Shown here: in pieces, positions 51,001 to 57,686 of the stretch | Layout of the letters: each line of letters starts with the position of its first letter | Position numbering within the stretch: the stretch's first letter is position 1 | Source of the DNA: Sediminibacterium ginsengisoli | GTDB lineage: Bacteria; Bacteroidota; Bacteroidia; Chitinophagales; Chitinophagaceae | Length of the DNA: 64,000 bases | Direction: 5' to 3' | Assembly: GCA_945873615.1 (NCBI GenBank) | Contig: CAMCDT010000004.1 | Location: 10,137 to 74,136 of the forward strand | Made by a program: the position numbers and the translations under genes | The notes under the pieces: model-generated | What the model was told of the DNA's origin: nothing | Seen by the model: only the letters and a program-made list of their open reading frames with translations | Databases searched by the model: none

Positions 51001-51336
51001 CACTTCTTCTGTTTCTGTTGCAGATGAAACTAATGAAACATTGATGGTTGTTTTATTATTGACAGCAATGGTTTGATCAGTATACCCCACATAAGAAAAG
51101 GTTAAAATACTTTTGCCATTTTGCAATAAAATTTTAAATTGACCATTTTTGTCTGTAACGGTACCTGCTTCTTTTCCGTCTTTAACCCTAACGCTTACGC
51201 CTTCTAGTGGAAGGTCGTTTGAAGTAACTTTACCTTTTACTTCAAGCTTATCAGTTTGAGCAAAAGAAACATTAGGATGTAAATTTAGTAACCCTACCAG
51301 TAATAACAGGTACAGGCATACACTTTTCATACGCAT
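48085..51336 (-). CDS. susC: SusC-like TonB-dependent transporter
   Basis: Carboxypeptidase-like N domain, [63 protein letters not shown], C-terminal [15 protein letters not shown]. Start could be 51330. Confidence 0.97.
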   Translation of the reverse strand: [1083 protein letters not shown]

Positions 51337-51373
51337 ACGTAATTGAATTTAGCAATCATTAAAATGTTAAAAA

Positions 51374-51390
51374 TCGTAGCTCAATGCTAC
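51374..51390. promoter_or_regulatory. Conserved element A, copy 2: TCGTAGCTCAATGCTAC
   Basis: Matches 44511-44527 and lies at the same distance from the operator. Confidence 0.7.
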
Positions 51391-51432
51391 ACCCATCTAG
51401 ACAATCTTTACGCCAAAAACGATTATTTTTCT

Positions 51433-51449
51433 ACGCAATCGTTCCCGGT
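51433..51449. promoter_or_regulatory. LacI-type operator, copy 2: ACGCAATCGTTCCCGGT upstream of susC
   Basis: 15-bp core identical to 44572-44586. Confidence 0.8.
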
Positions 51450-51471
51450 AAATCAAGGGTATTAGGTGAAT

Positions 51472-53595
51472 TTACAGGGGGAGTATCCTGATATTTCTGA
51501 AACGAACTACGTCTCCATGGCCTAAAAAGCCAATATGACCTGAAGTTCGCTTTAATCCAGGGTGATCATTGTGGTCCATCGTCCCGTTTATTGAAGCCTC
51601 CCTAATATCAGCATCTGTAATCGTTTCGCCATTTAAGACCACTTTTACACGGGTTCCCTTTACCACAACAACTTCCTCATTCCACTCGCCGGTAGGCCTT
51701 AGAAAGCCCCTTCTAGCCGGCACAACGCCATATATAGAGCCGTGGTACTGGTAAGGCTTCAAGTTCTTATAGATGTCCGCCTCATTATCCAGTATTTGTA
51801 GTTCCATACCAACATAAGCGGCATCGCCAGTTAGTGGCGCTCGAATGCCAAGCCCATTATTTGCCCCAGGGGTTAATTGGAACTCAAAACGGTATTCAAA
51901 ATCGGAATACTGCTCTTTGGTATATAAATTTCCGCCGCCTGCACTTTTTGGATTCACCATAATGGACCCGTCTTGCAAAAGATAGCCGGCTTTATTGCCT
52001 ACCCAGTTGTCTAAATGTGTGCCGTCAAATAATTGCTTAAAACCTTGCTGCTTTTCCAAATCCGAAAGTTTGGTTGGCTCGTTACTAGGAAGCTCTCTAA
52101 TATAAATATTACGGTAAGCTACATAAGTACCATGCGCCTGTAATTCAATTTGCTCTTTTACAAAAATGGGAAGCGTGCGGTCCCAGTAATTTTCTAACGC
52201 CACTTTATCTGTTACAAGCACACCATTTAAATAAACCGTTACCTGCGCTCCGCGCATGATAATGTGAAAAGTATTCCAACTACCAATTTTATTATCTGCT
52301 ACCACTTTTGGATGGCGCTCATTTTTTTGATTATTGTAGAGTCCACCAGAACCCACCTGCGCGCCTACTTCACGTCTACTGGTATCCCAAATTTGTACTT
52401 GTGGTGTGCCGCGCAAATAAATACCAGCATCTCCTTTTTCGGTGATTTTCCAATCCACAAAAAGTTCAAAATCGCCAAACTGTTTTTGTGTACATAAATT
52501 ATCGCCATGCCCTGTAAAAACAAGAAGGCCATCTTTTACCACCCAGTCGGACTTTATTTTTTCATCGGCTTTTTTTTGCGCATCAATAAGTTGTTGCGCA
52601 GTCATTTTTGAGCGCGCAATAGGATTGGCAACAAGGCCTTTCCATCCGGTTAAATCTGTTCCGTTAAATAAATTTTCGAAACCATAATCATAAGGCATGG
52701 CCTTAATATGATAAGCCAACTTACCAGCTACAATAGCACTATCCTCCCCTCTTAATAAAGCAAGTGCTTTTTGTACAACAGGTCTTATCATCGGACCTTT
52801 AAAATCCGGATTGGCAAGTGCTAGCTTAGCAACTACAAGCGCTGCATCAGATTGTAGCGCTGGCGTTTCTAAATATTTAGCAGCAAACATGAGCGCACCT
52901 AGTTTGTTTACTTTGCCAGCTTCTATAATAATTTCTTTTTGAGCCGTTGGGCTTTTTGCCGTTTCCATTTGATCTTGCAAATCCAACAACCTCTGCGCGG
53001 GATGAACTTCTTTAGCGGGCGTTAATGCAACTGCCTGTAATGCGGGCAACACAAGCTTTGCGTGTTTGATTGCTGCTTCAATGGCAGGCTTTGCAGCAGG
53101 CGTTGCTTTTGCTAAAGCAGCATCTAGTGCAGCTAATGATTTTTTTGCATGAAGCGTAGCAAGTGACATAGCCGCTGCATCAGAAAGTGCAGGAACCTCA
53201 ATATAACTTGCAATTGTTTTAACGGCTTTATCAGACCCTAAATAACCAAGTCTTTCAATTAAATATGAGCGTACTAAAATATTTTTTTCTTGTACATCTT
53301 TTAATTGCTCAAGCGCACCAATTAAAACATTAGCTGCTTTATTTGCCAACGCTTTGTCAGTAGCGGCTGCATGCAAATATGCATCTAGCTCATACATCGC
53401 TTTTACGTGAGGTGCATTAGTGCCAGCTTCTGTACTATTAAATACATTAAAAAACGATGTCCAGTCTGCTTTTTGCCAAGCCTGCATTTTTGTAACAGTG
53501 GCCGCTACAGAAGCAGTATTGCCTTGCGCAAATGCACTGCTTGTAATAACTAAAAAAAAGGCTGCTATAATAAAAGCTGAAAATATTTTTTTCAT
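51472..53595 (-). CDS. Helical (HEAT-like) N-terminus plus two DUF1080 (3-keto-disaccharide hydrolase family) domains
   Basis: Signal peptide, Ala-rich helical region, then two repeats LFNGTDLTGW...FGDFEL...WNTFHI...ELQAHG...YRNIYI and LFDGTHLDNW...YSDFEY...EWNEE...GFLGHG...FRNIRI. Confidence 0.85.
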   Translation of the reverse strand: MKKIFSAFIIAAFFLVITSSAFAQGNTASVAATVTKMQAWQKADWTSFFNVFNSTEAGTNAPHVKAMYELDAYLHAAATDKALANKAANVLIGALEQLKDVQEKNILVRSYLIERLGYLGSDKAVKTIASYIEVPALSDAAAMSLATLHAKKSLAALDAALAKATPAAKPAIEAAIKHAKLVLPALQAVALTPAKEVHPAQRLLDLQDQMETAKSPTAQKEIIIEAGKVNKLGALMFAAKYLETPALQSDAALVVAKLALANPDFKGPMIRPVVQKALALLRGEDSAIVAGKLAYHIKAMPYDYGFENLFNGTDLTGWKGLVANPIARSKMTAQQLIDAQKKADEKIKSDWVVKDGLLVFTGHGDNLCTQKQFGDFELFVDWKITEKGDAGIYLRGTPQVQIWDTSRREVGAQVGSGGLYNNQKNERHPKVVADNKIGSWNTFHIIMRGAQVTVYLNGVLVTDKVALENYWDRTLPIFVKEQIELQAHGTYVAYRNIYIRELPSNEPTKLSDLEKQQGFKQLFDGTHLDNWVGNKAGYLLQDGSIMVNPKSAGGGNLYTKEQYSDFEYRFEFQLTPGANNGLGIRAPLTGDAAYVGMELQILDNEADIYKNLKPYQYHGSIYGVVPARRGFLRPTGEWNEEVVVVKGTRVKVVLNGETITDADIREASINGTMDHNDHPGLKRTSGHIGFLGHGDVVRFRNIRILPL

Positions 53596-53624
53596 GGTGG
53601 TTGATTTGTCAATAATTTAAAATA

Positions 53625-54887
53625 CTATATGCCCCATGGTGCACGCATAGGCGGGTTAATCATTTTATTGGCTTCGTCATCACCAATAAATTCTTGTGTT
53701 TCAGGATTAAAATTTAATGTGCGTCCTAACTGCAACGCAATTTTACCCAGGTTAATTATGGTGCAAGACCTATGCCCATTGGACTCATTCAGCGCAAATG
53801 GTGTTCTGTATTTTACGGATTCTAAAAAGTCAGTTACTTGTGGAACAGGGTCTGGTAGTAACGCTAATTTCTCTTTTAAATTAGGAATGGTTGATTTAAA
53901 TCCAGCAAACAACTTACCCTCTGGACCTTCAATGTATGCCACCGATTCATCTTTGGCTTCACCATCTAAAATTATTTTACAACCATCGGCATAGGTGTAA
54001 ATAATTTTTCGGAATGTGCCGCAAGCATCTGGGTGTTGTTGATCTGCATCTACCTCTACTTTTACTGGGCTGGTATGGTCTTTACCTAAGAAATATTGAA
54101 TAGGATCTAAATAGTGCTGACCCATATCTCCAAGACCACCCCCATCATAATCCCAATAACCTCTAAATGTTCCATGCACGCGGTGTGCGTTGTAAGGCTT
54201 ATAGGGTGCAGGACCTAGCCATCTGTCATAATCTAATGTTTGCGGAACAGGCTGCGCTTCAAGTCCTGTTTTTCCTACCCAATAAAATTTCCAGTCAAAG
54301 CCTGTATGCTTGCTAACCGTTACTGTTAATGGCCAACCGAGCATGCCAGATTCTACTAGTTTTTTTATGGGCTTCACGGTTGTTTTCATACCATAAAACT
54401 CATCTTGAAACCTGAACCATGTATTTAAACGAAACATTCTACCATGTTGCTTTACTGCTTCAACCACACGCTTACCTTCGCCAATGGTTCTGGTCATTGG
54501 CTTTTCACACCAGATATCTTTGCCGGCTTTAGCCGCTTCAATTGACATAATCCCATGCCAGTGAGGAGGCGTTGCAATATGCACGATATCAACTTCAGGC
54601 ATTGCAATAAGTTCATGATAATCTAGCATTGTTTTTACACCACTACCTACCATTTTAGCGGCTGCTGCTAAATGCGTTTGGTCTACATCACATAACGCAA
54701 CCACCCTGGTACCTGCAAGTCCTATATGACCTCTACCCATACCGCCAAGGCCTATAATGCCTTTGGTTAATTGATCACTAGGGGCTATAAACCCTCTACC
54801 TAAAACTTGTCTTGGAATAATTGTTACCCCTGCAGCTATGGCAGCGGTACTGCGTAAAAACCTACGTCTTGAATTGGATTGTGACAT
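53625..54887 (-). CDS. Tat-exported Gfo/Idh/MocA family oxidoreductase
   Basis: SRRRFL twin-arginine signal, GIIGLGGMG, VALCDVD, ATPPHWH, WCEKPM, GLGDMGQHYLD. Start set at 54887. Confidence 0.92.
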   Translation of the reverse strand: MSQSNSRRRFLRSTAAIAAGVTIIPRQVLGRGFIAPSDQLTKGIIGLGGMGRGHIGLAGTRVVALCDVDQTHLAAAAKMVGSGVKTMLDYHELIAMPEVDIVHIATPPHWHGIMSIEAAKAGKDIWCEKPMTRTIGEGKRVVEAVKQHGRMFRLNTWFRFQDEFYGMKTTVKPIKKLVESGMLGWPLTVTVSKHTGFDWKFYWVGKTGLEAQPVPQTLDYDRWLGPAPYKPYNAHRVHGTFRGYWDYDGGGLGDMGQHYLDPIQYFLGKDHTSPVKVEVDADQQHPDACGTFRKIIYTYADGCKIILDGEAKDESVAYIEGPEGKLFAGFKSTIPNLKEKLALLPDPVPQVTDFLESVKYRTPFALNESNGHRSCTIINLGKIALQLGRTLNFNPETQEFIGDDEANKMINPPMRAPWGI

Positions 54888-55013
54888 GGCAAGTATCTTA
54901 ATGTACTTAAAGATATAGAAGTCAGCCAATACTATAACAGCAGTTATTAGCTAATTTTACCCATAAATACACTTGTATTGGCAAGTCTTGTTATACTTTA
55001 CCCAATGATTATG

Positions 55014-55940
55014 CTATTTAAAGTCATTGCCAATAATCATTTTATTGACTTGCATCCAAGCGGTAACTCTATCAAACCAACTATCGGAGGTAGTGGCATT
55101 TTGCAATCCAAATCCATGACCACCATTTTGGTAAATGTGCATTTCCGTTTTTACGTTATTTTTTAAAAGGGCCTGGTAAAACCGAATGCTGTTTTCTACA
55201 GGTACTGATTTATCATCAGATGCGTGCACTAAAAAAGTAGGCGGCGTTTGAGCAGTTACTTGAAGCTCCGATGAAAACAATTTAATTTTTGCAGCGGCCG
55301 CGTTTTTACCGAGTAAATTATCTCTTGAGCCTTTATGGCAAATTGTGGAGTCCATGCTAATAACAGGGTATACTAAAATGCCAAAGTCAGGTCGTAAATT
55401 AGTGAGGCTCGTATTTTCGATATAAGATTCAGAAAATTTTGTAATGCCTGTGCTCGCTAAATGACCCCCTGCCGAAAACCCAAGCACACCAAGCATATTA
55501 GGATTGATATCAAAACTAGCTGCCCTATCTCTTACGAGTTTAATGGTTTGTTGCAAATCTTGAAGTGGTACAATTTCTTTATTTGTCATGCAGCTATCAA
55601 AGGGTAAGCGGTACTTTACAACAAAAACGGTAACACCTATTTTATTAAACGCTTCAGCCACTTCTATACCTTCATGTCCAGTAGCAAGTCTTGCATAACC
55701 ACCGCCTGGACACACAATTAAAGCCGTTTTACTCGGATCTTGCTTAGCTGGCTTAAACACAGTAACTGACGGACTTGTGACATTTGCAATAACCGTTTTA
55801 CCAGTAGCATTTTTGCTAACCGCTTCTTCTTTATTACATGGAAGTGCATTGGGTACAGGGCCTTCATAAATAGAAAACTCTTGCTGTGCCATGGTTAAAG
55901 AAGATGCAGACATAAAAAGGATGATTAGCAAATAGCGCAT
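55014..55940 (-). CDS. Secreted alpha/beta-hydrolase esterase (BD-FAE/PaeX-like carbohydrate acetylesterase candidate)
   Basis: CPGGGY, GFSAGGHLA (GxSxG), TPPTFLVHASDD, GGHGFG; signal peptide. Substrate inferred from the pectin-locus context. Confidence 0.8.
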   Translation of the reverse strand: MRYLLIILFMSASSLTMAQQEFSIYEGPVPNALPCNKEEAVSKNATGKTVIANVTSPSVTVFKPAKQDPSKTALIVCPGGGYARLATGHEGIEVAEAFNKIGVTVFVVKYRLPFDSCMTNKEIVPLQDLQQTIKLVRDRAASFDINPNMLGVLGFSAGGHLASTGITKFSESYIENTSLTNLRPDFGILVYPVISMDSTICHKGSRDNLLGKNAAAAKIKLFSSELQVTAQTPPTFLVHASDDKSVPVENSIRFYQALLKNNVKTEMHIYQNGGHGFGLQNATTSDSWFDRVTAWMQVNKMIIGNDFK

Positions 55941-56018
55941 TATAGTTTTATTTTTTCTATTCTTCCACTGAAGATAAATAAAAGTTTAATTTGCAGTACA
56001 TATCATTAATAAATCAAC

Positions 56019-56852
56019 ATGAAAATTATTCACCAAGTACATCCCGAAGATTTTGTAAAATATACAACCGAGCAAATTAGAGCTAAATTTTTACTAGACA
56101 ATTTAGTAGAGCCGGGCGCTATCAATTTTGTGTATACGCATTATGATAGAATGGTGGTGGGCGCCGCAACCCCTACTACTGCCGCCATTCAGCTTGGCAC
56201 CTACGACGCTTTAAAGTCAGAAAACTTTTTGGATAGAAGAGAAATAGGTATCGTAAACATTGGCGCCACAGGAAGCGTAACCGTAGAAGGTCAAATTTAC
56301 ACCCTAGATAAAATTGATTGCTTGTATATTGGTATGGGTAATAAAGAAGTTACTTTTCATGCGAGCACCGACCCGAGCAACCCTTCTAAATTTATTTTAT
56401 TCTCTTGCCCAGCGCACGCGAACCATCCTACACAGCTTATGCAAAGTAAAGATGCAACGCCTGCCGAAATGGGAAGCGCAGAAACAGCGAATCACCGTAC
56501 CATTAATAAATATATTCATGCAGATGGCTTAAAAAGTTGTCAACTTGTACTTGGTGTAACCAATTTTAAACCAGGTAGCATTTGGAATACCATGCCAGCG
56601 CACCTGCACGACCGCCGTATGGAAGCATACTTCTATTTTGATTTACCTGAAACACAACGTGTCATTCATTTCATGGGTGAGCCACACGAAACAAGACATC
56701 TATTCTTAAACAATGAACAAGGTATTGTGTCTCCATCATGGAGTATTCATAGTGGTGTAGCAACGGCTTCTTACTCCTTTATTTGGGCAATGGCTGGTGA
56801 AAATATGTCGTTTGCTGATATGGATTTTGTAAACATTCAGTTATTAAAATAA
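56019..56852 (+). CDS. kduI: 5-dehydro-4-deoxy-D-glucuronate isomerase
   Basis: YTHYDRM, FLDRREIGIVNIG, SCPAH, NHRTINKYI, SCQLVLG, WNTMPAHLHDRRMEAYFYF, SPSWSIHSG, WAMAGEN. Confidence 0.97.
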   Translation: MKIIHQVHPEDFVKYTTEQIRAKFLLDNLVEPGAINFVYTHYDRMVVGAATPTTAAIQLGTYDALKSENFLDRREIGIVNIGATGSVTVEGQIYTLDKIDCLYIGMGNKEVTFHASTDPSNPSKFILFSCPAHANHPTQLMQSKDATPAEMGSAETANHRTINKYIHADGLKSCQLVLGVTNFKPGSIWNTMPAHLHDRRMEAYFYFDLPETQRVIHFMGEPHETRHLFLNNEQGIVSPSWSIHSGVATASYSFIWAMAGENMSFADMDFVNIQLLK

Positions 56853-56857
56853 TTCCT

Positions 56858-57619
56858 ATGCTAAATTTTAGAGTAGATAATAAAGTTGCTTTAGTAACGG
56901 GTTGCAGTAAAGGTATTGGCATGGCCATCGCCATCGAACTTGCTAATAGCGGCGCCGATATTATTGGTGTGAGTGGCTCTATGCCAGCATCCGGAAGCGA
57001 TGTAGAAAAAGCAGTACTTGCTGCAGGTAAAAAGTATTATGCATACCAAGCCGATTTTTCAAATAGAGATTCGATTTATGCATTTTTAGATGCGGTAATC
57101 AAAAATCATCCAAAAATTGATATCCTCATTAACAATGCGGGAAGTATTCAAAGAAGTCCTGCCGCCGAGCATTCTGACGAATTTTGGGATAATATCATTG
57201 ACATCAATTTAAATGCTCAATTTATTATCACCCGAGAAATTGGAAAACAAATGATTGCCAATGGCGCTGGAAAAATAGTGTTTACGGCCTCTCTTTTAAG
57301 CTTCCAAGGCGGTATCAACGTACCTGGCTACGCTGCTAGTAAAGGAGCTGTTGCCTCCTTAATTAAGGCATTTGCCAACGAATGGGCTAGTAAAGGCATT
57401 ACCGTAAATGGTGTTGCCCCTGGATATATATCCACAGACAATACGGCACAGTTAAGGGCCGATCCGGACAGAAATGCCTCTATTTTGGCCAGAATACCAG
57501 CAAATAGATGGGGGACTCCTCAGGATTTAACCGGAGCTTTCGTTTTTTTATCCTCTCCTGCTTCAGACTATGTCAACGGCACCATCTTAACCGTAGATGG
57601 CGGCTGGATGGGTAGATAA
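56858..57619 (+). CDS. kduD: 2-dehydro-3-deoxy-D-gluconate 5-dehydrogenase (SDR)
   Basis: ALVTGCSKGIG, IDILINNAG, ASLLSFQGGINVPGYAASKG, NEWASKGITVNGVAPGYI, RIPANRWG, VDGGWMGR; adjacent to kduI. Confidence 0.93.
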   Translation: MLNFRVDNKVALVTGCSKGIGMAIAIELANSGADIIGVSGSMPASGSDVEKAVLAAGKKYYAYQADFSNRDSIYAFLDAVIKNHPKIDILINNAGSIQRSPAAEHSDEFWDNIIDINLNAQFIITREIGKQMIANGAGKIVFTASLLSFQGGINVPGYAASKGAVASLIKAFANEWASKGITVNGVAPGYISTDNTAQLRADPDRNASILARIPANRWGTPQDLTGAFVFLSSPASDYVNGTILTVDGGWMGR

Positions 57620-57634
57620 CTATATTTCAATACT

Positions 57635-57686
57635 AAGGCGTCATTCGTAAGTAATTATTAAATTTAGGCTTACGAATGATGCCTTA
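57635..57686. repeat. Long inverted repeat between kduD and the cytochrome/DUF1553 gene, reaching the start codon
   Basis: AAGGCGTCATTCGTAAG (57635-57651) pairs with CTTACGAATGATGCCTT (57669-57685) with one G-T wobble; 17-nt AT-rich loop; ATG at 57686. Confidence 0.9.
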
